The notes beneath the pieces are model-generated. The model was not told where the DNA came from, searched no databases, and saw nothing but the letters and a program-made list of their open reading frames with translations. A program made the position numbers and the translations under genes. Positions 50,424-61,361 of a stretch of 64,000 nucleotides of DNA are shown here, piece after piece (the stretch's first letter is position 1; every line of letters starts with the position of its first letter). Origin of the DNA: Bacteroidales bacterium (GTDB lineage: Bacteria > Bacteroidota > Bacteroidia > Bacteroidales > UBA12077); the NCBI GenBank assembly GCA_028282585.1, contig JANQHR010000097.1, positions 32,001 to 96,000 of the forward strand, written 5' to 3'.

Positions 50424-52244
50424 ATGCGTGGATTTATTCGAGTTTTAAAATATATTGCACCATATTGGGTTAAAGGTGTTTCCAGCGTTTCACTTAATTT
50501 AATTTCAACCGTATTTTCTTTATTCTCATTTACAATGGTTATTCCATTTCTTGGAATTCTTTTCGACAATCAACCACTTGTGGAAAATCCCGTTGAATTT
50601 TCTTTAAACGCGGAAGTAATAAAAGAATATTTCTATTATTATTTAAGCCAGATTATAATAAATCAAGGTAAAAATTCTGCCTTATTAACAGTAAGTATTT
50701 TAGTTGTCGTATTTGTATTTTTTAAAACAATTTTTCACTATTTAAGCAGTTATGTAATGGCTCCAATTAGAAACGGAGTAATGCGCGATATTCGCAACAG
50801 TTTGAATAATAAGATTTTATCACTTCAGTTATCTTACTTTACCGATGAAAAGAAAGGGGATTTAATTGCCCGGATGACCAATGATGTTCAGGAAGTTGAA
50901 ATTTCCGTAGTTCAATCATTAAATAATGCTTTAAAAGCACCGATTACAATGATTGTATACTTTGTTGTCTTATTTTCAATGAGTCCATTTCTGACCCTAT
51001 TTGTTTTAGTATTGCTTCCGATATCTGGTTTTGTAATAGGTAGAACAGCGAAATCATTAAGAAAGAAATCTGCCAAAGGTCAATCAAAATTAGGTTTAAT
51101 CATATCATATATAGAAGAAACGCTTTTCGGTTTACGAATTATAAAAGCGTTTAATATGGAGAAAAAAATTGATAAGCGATTTGCTGATGAAAATAATTCA
51201 TACACTTCTTTAATGAATAAGATCTGGAGAAGAAGGGACCTTGCAGGACCTTACAGTGAATTTATGGCTACAATTGTGATCATAATTATTATGTGGTATG
51301 GAGGAAGTATGGTACTTAGCCAGGACGTAAGTATGTTACCTCAAACCTTTATTGCATACTTAGTTATTTTCTCACAAATTATCACTCCTTCCAAGAATTT
51401 TTCAACCGCCTTTTATAATATCCAGAGAGGATTAGCTTCTGTTGACAGAATTGAAGCAATCTTAGATGCAGATGTTACAATTACTGAAAAACCAAATGCT
51501 AAATCAAAAGAAAGATTTGAAAACGTAGTAGAATATAAAAATCTCAATTTTAAATACATTGAGGATTACGTTCTCAAAAATATTAATTTAAAAGTTGAGA
51601 AAGGTAAAACCGTTGCATTAGTTGGACAATCAGGTTCTGGGAAATCAACTATGGTAGATCTACTTCCAAGATTTTATGATGTTAAAGAAGGTGAAATCTC
51701 AATTGACGGAATCAATATTCAGGATCTAAAAGTTAAAGATCTTAGGGATATGATGGGAATCGTTAGTCAGGAATCTATCCTTTTTAATGACACTATCTAT
51801 AATAACATTGCTTTCGGTATGGAAGATGCCACAGAAGAGGAAATAGTTGCCGCAGCTAAAGTTGCCAATGCTCATGACTTTATCCTACAGACCGAAAATG
51901 CTTATCAAACAAATATTGGAGACCGCGGTAGTAAACTTTCAGGTGGACAAAGGCAAAGAATAAGCATTGCCAGGGCTGTATTAAAGAATCCTCCAATTTT
52001 GATACTGGACGAAGCTACTTCTGCCCTTGATACTGAATCGGAAAAGCTTGTTCAGGATGCGCTTTTTAAATTAATGGAAAACAGAACCTCAATTGTTATT
52101 GCACACCGTTTATCAACAGTGCGCGATGCAGATGAAATTTGTGTTTTGCATGAAGGTGAGATTGTTGAAAGGGGCAAGCATAATGAACTTCTTGAGAAAA
52201 AAGGTGTGTATAAAAAACTTCACGATTTGCAGATTTTTGCTTAA
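50424..52244 (+). CDS. ABC exporter, fused TMD-NBD (MsbA-like)
   Basis: GQSGSGKST, LSGGQRQR, ILDEATSALD, IAHRLST; six TM helices. A TACTTTTG box lies at 50390-50397. Confidence 0.9.
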   Translation: MRGFIRVLKYIAPYWVKGVSSVSLNLISTVFSLFSFTMVIPFLGILFDNQPLVENPVEFSLNAEVIKEYFYYYLSQIIINQGKNSALLTVSILVVVFVFFKTIFHYLSSYVMAPIRNGVMRDIRNSLNNKILSLQLSYFTDEKKGDLIARMTNDVQEVEISVVQSLNNALKAPITMIVYFVVLFSMSPFLTLFVLVLLPISGFVIGRTAKSLRKKSAKGQSKLGLIISYIEETLFGLRIIKAFNMEKKIDKRFADENNSYTSLMNKIWRRRDLAGPYSEFMATIVIIIIMWYGGSMVLSQDVSMLPQTFIAYLVIFSQIITPSKNFSTAFYNIQRGLASVDRIEAILDADVTITEKPNAKSKERFENVVEYKNLNFKYIEDYVLKNINLKVEKGKTVALVGQSGSGKSTMVDLLPRFYDVKEGEISIDGINIQDLKVKDLRDMMGIVSQESILFNDTIYNNIAFGMEDATEEEIVAAAKVANAHDFILQTENAYQTNIGDRGSKLSGGQRQRISIARAVLKNPPILILDEATSALDTESEKLVQDALFKLMENRTSIVIAHRLSTVRDADEICVLHEGEIVERGKHNELLEKKGVYKKLHDLQIFA

Positions 52245-52254
52245 AATAAATCCC

Positions 52255-52281
52255 GGAAAGCGCTAAGTTGTGCTTCCTTTT
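52255..52281 (+). terminator. Intrinsic terminator
   Basis: GGAAAGCGC / GTGCTTCC stem followed by TTTT. Confidence 0.5.
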
Positions 52282-52370
52282 ACCTTAAAAAGAAAAACTT
52301 AATTGAATCCTTTTGTCATTTTTTTCGTAATTTAGGAGATAGATGTATTAATACTCTTTTAAATGCTGAT

Positions 52371-54332
52371 ATGAAAAATTGTATACCAGCTTTTTTTATT
52401 TTCTCTCTTATCTTTTTATCCGCTTTAAGTATTAAAAAATCGGTTGCTCAAGATTACAACCTCGACTCTTTAGGATATAGCATTGATTCAATTGAAACCT
52501 TACTCGAATATTCAACTGGCGTAAATAAATTCAATTACTATAAAATTCTTACAGAACATTATATTTATCATTCACCAGATAAAGCCATTCGATTAGCTAA
52601 TGAACTTTTGATTTTAGCTGAAAACTATGATAGTACATGTGTTATTGAATATTGCTATCAGATTTTAGGAGAGGCTTATTTCTTTCAGGAAAATTATGAA
52701 AGTTCTCTCAATTATTTCAAGAAGTTTCTTGCAACGCAGGTAGAAAAAGAAAACAAGATTGGAATTGGAAGAGCTTACAATAACTTGGGAATAGTTTATC
52801 GCGTACTTGAAAACTACAAAGAAGCCATTCATTGCTATGAAAAATCAATGGCAATCAATCTTGAACTTAATGATATTAGTGGATTAAGTAGCACATATAA
52901 TAACCTTGGTGTGCTGCATGAACATCTTAATTTATTCGGACAAGCTCGTGATTACTATAATAAATCATTAAATATTGAGTTAGAACTTGAAGATAATGAA
53001 GGCATTTCAACATCTTATCTAAATCTTGGAGGAATTCATTTAAAACTTAGAAATTATCAATTAGCTATTGATTATTGTAACAAGAGTATTGAACTTTGTG
53101 AAAAATATTCCTATTACCATTCATTAGAACTTAATTATGATATACTTTATCAGATTTATAAAGAAATTGAAGAGTATAAAAAAGCATTAGTATTTCTGGA
53201 AAAATTCTATGATTTAAAGTATAATAGGATTAATGAAGAAACCAACACTCAAATAGCTGAACTTGAACTGAAGTATAAGTCTGATAAACAAGAAAAAGAA
53301 ATTCGTTTATTACAAAAGCAAAAACACCAAAAGTCAATTTTGAATATTATTGGTTTCTCAATTCTTTTTATCATTCTTATTCTTGTTTTTATACTATTAA
53401 GAATAAATAAATTAAGACATGATAACAATCAAACTTTGCGTACCAAAAATGTAGAAGTTCTTCAACAGAAAGAGGAAATTGAAGCTCAAAGAGATGAAAT
53501 TGAAGCTCAAAGAGATGAAATTAAAAGACAAAGAGATTTATCTGAACTGCAAACCAATAAAATTATAAAACAAAATAAAGATATTACAGACAGTATCGAA
53601 TATGCTAAACATATTCAGATAGCTTTATTTCCAGATAAAATTACACTACAAAAAGTTCTTAAAAACGGTTTTTGTTTATTCAAACCAAAAGATATAGTAA
53701 GTGGCGATTTTTATTGGGTTGGCCATACTCAAAATAAATCTGTAATTGTTGCAGCTGATTGCACTGGTCATGGAGTCCCAGGTGCATTTATGAGCATAAT
53801 TGGAATTAATTTTCTTAATGAAATTGTGTACGATGAAAATATTGTTACTCCAAATGAAATCTTAAATGAATTGCGCAAAAAGATCATTAAAACAATGGTT
53901 CATGCTAATCGCATTGAAGAGTCGAAAGACGGAATGGATGTGGCTTTGATAACAATTGATTATGATACAATGAAACTTGAATACGCCGGAGCCTACAACC
54001 ATTTATATTATATTCACGATCATATGCTTAACGTAATTAAAGCGGACAGAATGCCAGTAGGTATTTCTGAAAAATCAATTGCTTCATTTACAAACCACAC
54101 AATGGATATACAAAGCGGTGATATCTTTTATCTGTTCACTGATGGTTTTGCCGATCAATTCGGAGGCCCACTGCGTAAAAAGTTTAGAATCGGTAATCTT
54201 CGTGAATTACTTCTGGAAGTGCATGAGAAAGAAATGACCGAACAAAAGCGTTTATTATTTGAGGCTTTTATAAATTGGAAAGGTAAAGAACAACAGGTTG
54301 ATGATGTTCTGGCAATAGGAATTAAAATTTAG
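52371..54332 (+). CDS. TPR-sensor, single-TM, SpoIIE/PP2C-type phosphatase
   Basis: Signal peptide; TPR repeats (YNNLG); TM helix; coiled coil; ITDSIEYAKHIQ, KPKDIVSGDFYW, ADCTGHGVPGAFMS, DGMD, TDGFADQFGG, QVDD. Confidence 0.9.
   Translation: MKNCIPAFFIFSLIFLSALSIKKSVAQDYNLDSLGYSIDSIETLLEYSTGVNKFNYYKILTEHYIYHSPDKAIRLANELLILAENYDSTCVIEYCYQILGEAYFFQENYESSLNYFKKFLATQVEKENKIGIGRAYNNLGIVYRVLENYKEAIHCYEKSMAINLELNDISGLSSTYNNLGVLHEHLNLFGQARDYYNKSLNIELELEDNEGISTSYLNLGGIHLKLRNYQLAIDYCNKSIELCEKYSYYHSLELNYDILYQIYKEIEEYKKALVFLEKFYDLKYNRINEETNTQIAELELKYKSDKQEKEIRLLQKQKHQKSILNIIGFSILFIILILVFILLRINKLRHDNNQTLRTKNVEVLQQKEEIEAQRDEIEAQRDEIKRQRDLSELQTNKIIKQNKDITDSIEYAKHIQIALFPDKITLQKVLKNGFCLFKPKDIVSGDFYWVGHTQNKSVIVAADCTGHGVPGAFMSIIGINFLNEIVYDENIVTPNEILNELRKKIIKTMVHANRIEESKDGMDVALITIDYDTMKLEYAGAYNHLYYIHDHMLNVIKADRMPVGISEKSIASFTNHTMDIQSGDIFYLFTDGFADQFGGPLRKKFRIGNLRELLLEVHEKEMTEQKRLLFEAFINWKGKEQQVDDVLAIGIKI
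53475..53537 (+). repeat. In-frame 21-bp tandem repeat (EIEAQRD heptads)
   Basis: GAAATTGAAGCTCAAAGAGAT twice exactly, then GAAATTAAAAGACAAAGAGAT. Confidence 0.85.
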
Positions 54333-54338
54333 TGCATA

Positions 54339-54842
54339 TTAGTTTTTAACTAACTCCACCAAGGATTCTATTTTTACGTTTTTCCCTTTTACTGTAAGTT
54401 GGGCCTTTTCGTAGTCTGGTTGCCTTTTACTTAAAAGATCTTTTGCATATACCGTTAGGTCTTCGCGGGTTTTACCCCAAATTAATGGCCTATCCTTCTT
54501 GGAATGCATTAAACGATCAACCAAAGTAGGTATATCAACTTCCAGGTAAATAGTTTTACCTTTTGAGTTCATTAAACTCATATTATCAAAATAACAAGGG
54601 GTTCCTCCTCCGGTTGATATTAAAACATTCTCATATTTGTGAATTAATTCGTCAAGAGAATTCTTTTCTATTTCACGGAATACGTCCATTCCTTTTTCAT
54701 AGATAAGTAAACGAATCGTAGCATTGTATTTTTCTTCGATATAATCATCCAAATCAACGAATGGTAGATCAACTTTCTTAGCCAGTTTTTTCCCCACTGA
54801 AGATTTACCACTAGCCATAAAACCAATCAGAAAAACTCTCAT
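54339..54842 (-). CDS. aroK: Shikimate kinase
   Basis: GFMASGKSSVG, DLD, FREIE, STGGGTPC, RPL. Confidence 0.92.
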   Translation of the reverse strand: MRVFLIGFMASGKSSVGKKLAKKVDLPFVDLDDYIEEKYNATIRLLIYEKGMDVFREIEKNSLDELIHKYENVLISTGGGTPCYFDNMSLMNSKGKTIYLEVDIPTLVDRLMHSKKDRPLIWGKTREDLTVYAKDLLSKRQPDYEKAQLTVKGKNVKIESLVELVKN

Positions 54843-54901
54843 ACACACAATTTTTGATTAAATAAATATACAAAAATTCCTAAAGCAACAAAAATGTAAA
54901 A

Positions 54902-57535
54902 CTATTCGTTATTTTCGCCAAATAAACTCATTTGAGACTTATCTTCTTCCCCTGTTTCATCATTATTTTCATTTATTTCAGGCTCTTCTCGCTCTACGAT
55001 CAAGGGTTCAAGTTCAGTTACAACCTTTACTTCATAATTCGATAAACGTTTACCTCGCGCTTTATAGCTCTTTACGCCAATGAATTCAGCTACCTCAATT
55101 ATTTCATTTTCCCTGTTTTTATGTCTGCCTCCAAAGGATACTTCCAGTCTTGGATATTCTACTTCCGTGAGTTTCAGTAACCTCGACTGTTCATTTTCGC
55201 CAATAAAGCTGGTTAGTTTATCTGAAGGTTCTATTGTAAATCGTTTTACATAATAATACTCCAAATCGGCATCATAATAAACTGCTGAAAAAATTTTCGC
55301 AGGTCTGAATTTCTCAACTAACATTACATCATCCTCAAAATGATTCATAAGATCGTAAGAACTTAAACGATATTTTCCAGATTTGGTTATAACTAAAATC
55401 TTATCATCCCCGTGAAATTCTCCCACATAATCCCCTCTTCCATCAGCATTCAATCGAAGAATCTCTTCCTCAAACCAAATTTTTCTTCCACCTAAAGTTG
55501 ATACACCTTCATCTTTAAGTACAATTTTATGAAGGGCGTATTTAGTTAGAATGTTTCCCATTGATTGGCGCCCTTTGATTGCTAATTCACTAAAATCAAA
55601 TTCGAAAACTGGCTTTTTCAATCTTGGTCTAGGACGCAAATAAATTTTAACTATTTCAGCTTCTCCATTAGGATTAGCTGTCATATAAAGGATCTTTGAT
55701 TTATTGGTTCCTTTTGTAATATCGTATTCCTTATCGCGAGTAATTCCCTTTATGGCGCATCTTTTAACCATTATGGCACCATTTAATCCATCCCGATAAA
55801 TTATATTATAAATAGTTCGGTCATCATTACGTTTAAACACAGCAACATGTTCAATGTCTTTTCCAACAAATACTTTATCATCAACCTTAGTAATTATATA
55901 TTTACCATCTCTAAGAAACACAATAACTTCATCAATATCTGAACATTCGCTAACAAATTCATCCTTCTTCAAACTTGTACCAATAAAACCCTCATCTCTA
56001 TTTACGTAAAGTTTTTCATTGGCAACTACAACCTGAGTAGCAGCAATAGTATCCAAATTTCGAATCTCAGTTTTTCTATCACGGCCATCACCATGTTTTT
56101 TTCGAATCTGTTTATAATAATTTATAGCGTAATCAATAATATGATCTAAATGATTCTGAACTTCTTTTAGCTCATTCTCAATGCCCTTAATATATTCATC
56201 TGCCTTTTTAACATCAAACTTAGTAATTCGTTTAATTTTAATTTCGGTAAGTTTAATAATATCCTCTTCCGTAATTTCCCTAAGAAGAAGTTTCTTGAAT
56301 GGTTCTAAACCTTTATCGATAGTTTCAATAACTGATTTCCAAGTCTCGCACTCTTCAATATCATGATAAATTCTATTTTCAATAAATATCTTTTCTAATG
56401 ATGAAAGATGCCATGCTTCTTGCAATTCATTCTTCTTAATTTCAAGTTCCTGCTTTAATAACTCAACCGTATTATCTGCAGAATTCTTAAGAATCTCGGA
56501 TACTCCAATAAAAACTGGTTTTGAGTTATCAATGATACATGAATTTGGAGAGATTGGCACCTCACAATCTGTAAATGCATAAAGTGCATCAATAGTTTGA
56601 TCAGGAGATGTACCTGCTGGAAGATGAATCAGTATTTCTACATGTTCTGCAGTATTATCGTCAATTTTTCTGATCTTTATTTTTCCTTTATCATTAGCTT
56701 TAAGGATTGAATCGATCAAACTTTGAGTATTTTTACCAAACGGAAGCTCGGTAATTTTAAGAGTTTTCTTATCTTCTTTTTCAATTTTGGCTCTTACCTT
56801 TATGGACCCTCCCCTTAAGCCATCATTATATTTACTAAAATCTGCTATTCCACCTGTTGGAAAATCGGGATATAATTCAAAATTTTTACCTTTTAAATAT
56901 GCAATTGCAGCATCAATAAGTTCATTAAAGTTATGAGGTAATATTTTTGAAGCTAATCCAACTGCAATACCTTCAACACCTTGTGCCAATAATAATGGAA
57001 ACTTAACAGGTAAAGTTACAGGTTCGTCATTTCTTCCATCATATGATTTTTTCCATTCTGTAGTTTTCGGGTTAAAAACTACGTCCAAAGCAAACTTTGA
57101 AAGACGCGCTTCAATATAACGTGGAGCCGCTGCGCCATCTCCAGTATAAATATTACCCCAGTTTCCCTGCGCATCTATTAACAGGTCTTTTTGTCCTAAC
57201 TGAACTAAAGCATCACCAATAGAAGCATCACCATGAGGGTGATACTGCATGGTATAACCTATAATATTTGCAACTTTATTATACCTTCCATCATCCAACC
57301 GCTTCATTGCATGAAGGATACGACGCTGAACGGGCTTTAGCCCATCGTTAAGGTGCGGAACTGCTCTTTCAAGAATAACATAAGATGCATAATCAAGGAA
57401 CCAGTCTTTGTACATCCCCGATAAATGAACTATTTTATGTAATTCGTCGCTATGTTTCCCTTCCGTTTTTTCCAAATTTGGACCTTTTGCTTCTTCAGTG
57501 TTTTGATCAGGTTTTTCCTTTTTCTCTTTACTCAT
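54902..57535 (-). CDS. parC: DNA topoisomerase IV subunit A
   Basis: DYASYVILERAVP, DGLKPVQRRILH, YHPHGD, AAAPRYIEARL; Bacteroidetes-type topo IV, adjacent to parE. Confidence 0.93.
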   Translation of the reverse strand: MSKEKKEKPDQNTEEAKGPNLEKTEGKHSDELHKIVHLSGMYKDWFLDYASYVILERAVPHLNDGLKPVQRRILHAMKRLDDGRYNKVANIIGYTMQYHPHGDASIGDALVQLGQKDLLIDAQGNWGNIYTGDGAAAPRYIEARLSKFALDVVFNPKTTEWKKSYDGRNDEPVTLPVKFPLLLAQGVEGIAVGLASKILPHNFNELIDAAIAYLKGKNFELYPDFPTGGIADFSKYNDGLRGGSIKVRAKIEKEDKKTLKITELPFGKNTQSLIDSILKANDKGKIKIRKIDDNTAEHVEILIHLPAGTSPDQTIDALYAFTDCEVPISPNSCIIDNSKPVFIGVSEILKNSADNTVELLKQELEIKKNELQEAWHLSSLEKIFIENRIYHDIEECETWKSVIETIDKGLEPFKKLLLREITEEDIIKLTEIKIKRITKFDVKKADEYIKGIENELKEVQNHLDHIIDYAINYYKQIRKKHGDGRDRKTEIRNLDTIAATQVVVANEKLYVNRDEGFIGTSLKKDEFVSECSDIDEVIVFLRDGKYIITKVDDKVFVGKDIEHVAVFKRNDDRTIYNIIYRDGLNGAIMVKRCAIKGITRDKEYDITKGTNKSKILYMTANPNGEAEIVKIYLRPRPRLKKPVFEFDFSELAIKGRQSMGNILTKYALHKIVLKDEGVSTLGGRKIWFEEEILRLNADGRGDYVGEFHGDDKILVITKSGKYRLSSYDLMNHFEDDVMLVEKFRPAKIFSAVYYDADLEYYYVKRFTIEPSDKLTSFIGENEQSRLLKLTEVEYPRLEVSFGGRHKNRENEIIEVAEFIGVKSYKARGKRLSNYEVKVVTELEPLIVEREEPEINENNDETGEEDKSQMSLFGENNE

Positions 57536-57571
57536 TCTGTCTCTTTATCTATATATGATCAAATTCGATAA

Positions 57572-59401
57572 TTAATCTACAACATCAATTTTAAGATTCT
57601 CCACTATAAAATCTTGTCTGTTTGGGGTATTCTTACCCATATAAAACTCTAGCAAATCTTTAACTGCATCATCCTTTCTTAATCTTACGGGATCTAAACG
57701 AATTTCTTTACCAATAAAATGCTTAAACTCGTCAGGAGAAATTTCGCCTAAACCTTTAAATCGAGTTATTTCCGGATTGTTTTTTAATTTCTTGATAGCC
57801 TTTTCTTTTTCCTCCTCGCTATAGCAATAAAAAGTTTGTTTTTTATTTCTTACTCTGAAAAGTGGTGTTTGTAAAATGTATAAATGCCCATTTTTAACTA
57901 AATCAGGGAAAAATTGTAGAAAGAAAGTAATTAACAACAAACGAATATGCATCCCATCCACATCGGCATCAGTTGCAATTATTACATTTTTATATCGAAG
58001 GTTTTCAATTCCTTCTTCAATATCCAATGCAGCTTGCAACAAATTAAACTCTTCGTTTTCGTAAACAATTTTTTTAGTTAAACCATACGTATTTAGTGGC
58101 TTACCTTTTAAACTAAAAACAGCTTGTGTATTAACATCACGAGATTTTGTTATCGATCCGCTTGCCGAATCACCCTCGGTAATGAAAATCATTGTTTCAT
58201 TCTTGCGCTCATCTTTCGAATTATAATGAATTCTACAATCTCGTAATTTTCGATTATGAAGGCTTGCTTTTTTAGCTCTTTGTTTAGCTAATTTTTTGAT
58301 TCCCGAAATTGCTTTGCGTTCTTTCTCCGATTCAATGATCTTCTTATGTAAAGCATCAGCAACTTCAGCATTTCTATGTAAGTAATTATCTAATTCATTT
58401 TTAAGGAAATCACCAATAAAGTTTCTTATAGTAGGCCCATTTGGTGCTATATTTTTAGATCCAAGTTTTGTTTTTGTTTGTGACTCAAAAACCGGCTCCT
58501 CAACTTTTATACTAACTGCTGCTATTATTGAAGTTCTAATATCCGATGGATCAAAATCCTTTTTATAAAAATCACGAATAGTTTTCACATATGCCTCTCG
58601 AAATGCAGATAAATGTGACCCTCCCTGGGTAGTATGCTGTCCATTTACAAAACTATAATATTCTTCACCATATTGATTGCTATGTGTAATTGCAATTTCA
58701 ATATCTTCGCCTTTTAAATGGATAATTGGATACAACCCTTCAAAACTCATATTCTGATCTAATAAATCGCGAAGACCATTTTCAGAATAATATTTTTCTC
58801 CATTGAGTTTAATAGTCAAACCGGAGTTAAGAAAAACATAATTCTGAATTAGAGATACAACATATTCTTCAATATAATGATAATTCCCAAAAATATTTTT
58901 ATCAGGAACAAAAGTAGTTAGGGTTCCATTTTTATCTTTAGTCTTTTCTATTGGATCATCACTTACAACTTCACCATTTGCAAATTCAACGCATTTTCTT
59001 TCTCCATCGCGAAAAGCCTCAATTCTAAAACTTGTCGATAGTGCATTTACCGCTTTAATACCTACTCCATTTAATCCTACTGATTTCTTAAAAGCTTTTG
59101 AGTCATATTTTGCACCAGTATTCATTTTCGAAGCTACATCCTTTAATTTTCCTAAGGGAATTCCGCGCCCATAATCGCGAACCTTAACGAAATGGTCTGT
59201 CATTTCAATTTCGATCGTTTTTCCAAATCCCATCATATATTCATCGATGGAATTATCCATAACTTCTTTTAATAAAACGTAAATGCCATCATCCTGAGAA
59301 GATCCATCACCAAGCTTCCCAATGTACATACCCGGTCTTTTCCTAATGTGCTCTTTCCAATCGAGGGTACGAATGCTGTCTTCTGTATAAATTGCCGTCA
59401 T
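57572..59401 (-). CDS. parE: DNA topoisomerase IV subunit B
   Basis: [56 protein letters not shown] at 59401 is preferred. Confidence 0.93.
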   Translation of the reverse strand: MTAIYTEDSIRTLDWKEHIRKRPGMYIGKLGDGSSQDDGIYVLLKEVMDNSIDEYMMGFGKTIEIEMTDHFVKVRDYGRGIPLGKLKDVASKMNTGAKYDSKAFKKSVGLNGVGIKAVNALSTSFRIEAFRDGERKCVEFANGEVVSDDPIEKTKDKNGTLTTFVPDKNIFGNYHYIEEYVVSLIQNYVFLNSGLTIKLNGEKYYSENGLRDLLDQNMSFEGLYPIIHLKGEDIEIAITHSNQYGEEYYSFVNGQHTTQGGSHLSAFREAYVKTIRDFYKKDFDPSDIRTSIIAAVSIKVEEPVFESQTKTKLGSKNIAPNGPTIRNFIGDFLKNELDNYLHRNAEVADALHKKIIESEKERKAISGIKKLAKQRAKKASLHNRKLRDCRIHYNSKDERKNETMIFITEGDSASGSITKSRDVNTQAVFSLKGKPLNTYGLTKKIVYENEEFNLLQAALDIEEGIENLRYKNVIIATDADVDGMHIRLLLITFFLQFFPDLVKNGHLYILQTPLFRVRNKKQTFYCYSEEEKEKAIKKLKNNPEITRFKGLGEISPDEFKHFIGKEIRLDPVRLRKDDAVKDLLEFYMGKNTPNRQDFIVENLKIDVVD

Positions 59402-59454
59402 TTCACCTAATTTTTCGTAAATATAATTAAAAGAAAAGTGGTTGCTCAAAGAGT

Positions 59455-59551
59455 TTATCAACAGAGATCGCTCCAGAACTGTTGATAATTGAACAATCCC
59501 TGCAAATTAAATAAAAACCAACGAGAAATGCTGTTTACAGATTGTTGAAAA
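59455..59551. promoter_or_regulatory. DnaA-box-like elements upstream of parE
   Basis: Perfect inverted pair TTATCAACAG (59455-59464) / CTGTTGATAA (59479-59488), plus TGTTTACAG (59532) and TGTTGAAAA (59543). Confidence 0.4.
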
Positions 59552-59555
59552 ATTG

Positions 59556-61361
59556 TTAATTTGAAAAAATTCCCATCTGTTGCATTAGTAGCGAAGCATT
59601 CATATTCTTGGTTATTCCCGGTCGTAGTTTATAATCAAAATTAATTTTGTTATGATTAATATCTACCTCAAAACATTTATTCTCTATATTTTCAGGATAA
59701 CCATTTTCCATTTCACACAATGACAAATCATGGGTAGCTATAATTCCCGTTGCATTTAATTTAATTAAATTCTCAACGAATTTCCAAGACCCCTTTGCTT
59801 TATCAACAGAGTTGGTTCCTTTTAATATCTCATCTAATAATAAAAATGTCAGCTTACCATCTTTAATTTTATCGATAATATATTTAAGTCTTTTTAGTTC
59901 CGCATAAAAATATGATTCATTTTCCTTTAAAGAATCAGCTGTTCGCATTCCGGAGAATAACTCCATAACTCGAAATTCAAACTTTTTGGCACAAACTGGA
60001 AATCCATTGAGCGCAAGAATAAGATTAACTCCAACTGTTCTTAAAAAAGTACTTTTTCCTGCCATATTTGCGCCGGTAATGATATCAATCTCACCTGTTT
60101 TCTCTACTTTAAAATCGTTATTTACTCTTTTCTTTAAAGGAATTAAAGGGTGCCCGAGTTCTTTTGCTAATAGAACTTTATCTTCAGTAATACTAGGGAA
60201 AACGTAGCCTGGATTGTTATAATAAAAAGTTCCTGCAGAAATATAAAAATCGAATTCAGCAATAACATCAATCCACTTTTTTATATTTCCTCCGTATTTC
60301 AGCTTCCACCTCTCCAGACGCATAATTGATAATAAATCCCACATAAGGATTCCATTCAAAATTATTCCAAGAAAAATATTTAGCCGCGTATCAAAAGCAT
60401 CAATAATTTTAATTAATTTTTTTAGAGCTTTTTGAGCATTTGTTTGATCAACCTTTAATGCATTTTGCAAATCACTAAAAACTACTGAATTGAATCTTTC
60501 TTTTTCAATATGCCGAATTAGCCTTGAATAGATTTTTAAAATCCTTACTTCCTCAGAAACCATCCTCTGTTCCCTGTTAGTACGCCTTAATAAAACACTG
60601 GCAAAAAAAAGTTGAGAAAGTGCCAATAATATAAACCACGAATAATGAGAAACACCCGCTATTAACAAAGCTAGAAAAGCTAAGGTAATAACAGGAAGAA
60701 AAACAACCAAAATCTTATATACTGATTTTTTTATAAAGAAAATTGGTTTATCCAACCATTTATCAATATTTTTATTATCATCTTTTGTAGCCTTAAAAGT
60801 ATAACCAGTTGCCATAAAGTTTTGCCGCCAGTCTATCTTTTTTGCTATCTCAGTAATTGCCTCTTGACGATTTAAGATTAATTCACGCTTGGTATCATTT
60901 GTCTTTGTAAGCCTTTTAGCTAATAAATCAGCACCCACTAAAGTAACAGTCCGATTTAAATACTGATATATTGAACCTTTGCCGAATAAATCCAGGTCAT
61001 ATGAGTAGGAATGCTCCCTATCAATAAATTCTTTTCCGGTATTAAATGAAGAATAATCATTTTGTAATGCTATAATCTCATTATTATTAATCTGAACAAG
61101 ATTTTTTATGTGATTTAAAACTTCTGTTCTTTTTATATAAAAAATTACATGAAAAATAAATATTGATATCATTCCTATAAAGTATATCAGCATTAACCAG
61201 CTAAAACTTTTGATCAGCTTTATGAATACCACAACAGTGAGTATAAAAAAAACAAACCTGAGAATACTTACCCAAATTAGATTATTCTTTATTTTGGACA
61301 AGCTCTGATTGAACCTTTCAGTTCGATTTTTATATATTTTAATGATTTTATCAACCTGCAT
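59556..61361 (-). CDS. Membrane-anchored MutS-related protein (MutS domain V ATPase only)
   Basis: N-terminal TM segments; DLDLFGKGSIYQ; ITGANMAGKSTFLR, SYFYAELKRL, LDEILKGTNS, IATHD. Confidence 0.85.
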   Translation of the reverse strand: MQVDKIIKIYKNRTERFNQSLSKIKNNLIWVSILRFVFFILTVVVFIKLIKSFSWLMLIYFIGMISIFIFHVIFYIKRTEVLNHIKNLVQINNNEIIALQNDYSSFNTGKEFIDREHSYSYDLDLFGKGSIYQYLNRTVTLVGADLLAKRLTKTNDTKRELILNRQEAITEIAKKIDWRQNFMATGYTFKATKDDNKNIDKWLDKPIFFIKKSVYKILVVFLPVITLAFLALLIAGVSHYSWFILLALSQLFFASVLLRRTNREQRMVSEEVRILKIYSRLIRHIEKERFNSVVFSDLQNALKVDQTNAQKALKKLIKIIDAFDTRLNIFLGIILNGILMWDLLSIMRLERWKLKYGGNIKKWIDVIAEFDFYISAGTFYYNNPGYVFPSITEDKVLLAKELGHPLIPLKKRVNNDFKVEKTGEIDIITGANMAGKSTFLRTVGVNLILALNGFPVCAKKFEFRVMELFSGMRTADSLKENESYFYAELKRLKYIIDKIKDGKLTFLLLDEILKGTNSVDKAKGSWKFVENLIKLNATGIIATHDLSLCEMENGYPENIENKCFEVDINHNKINFDYKLRPGITKNMNASLLMQQMGIFSN

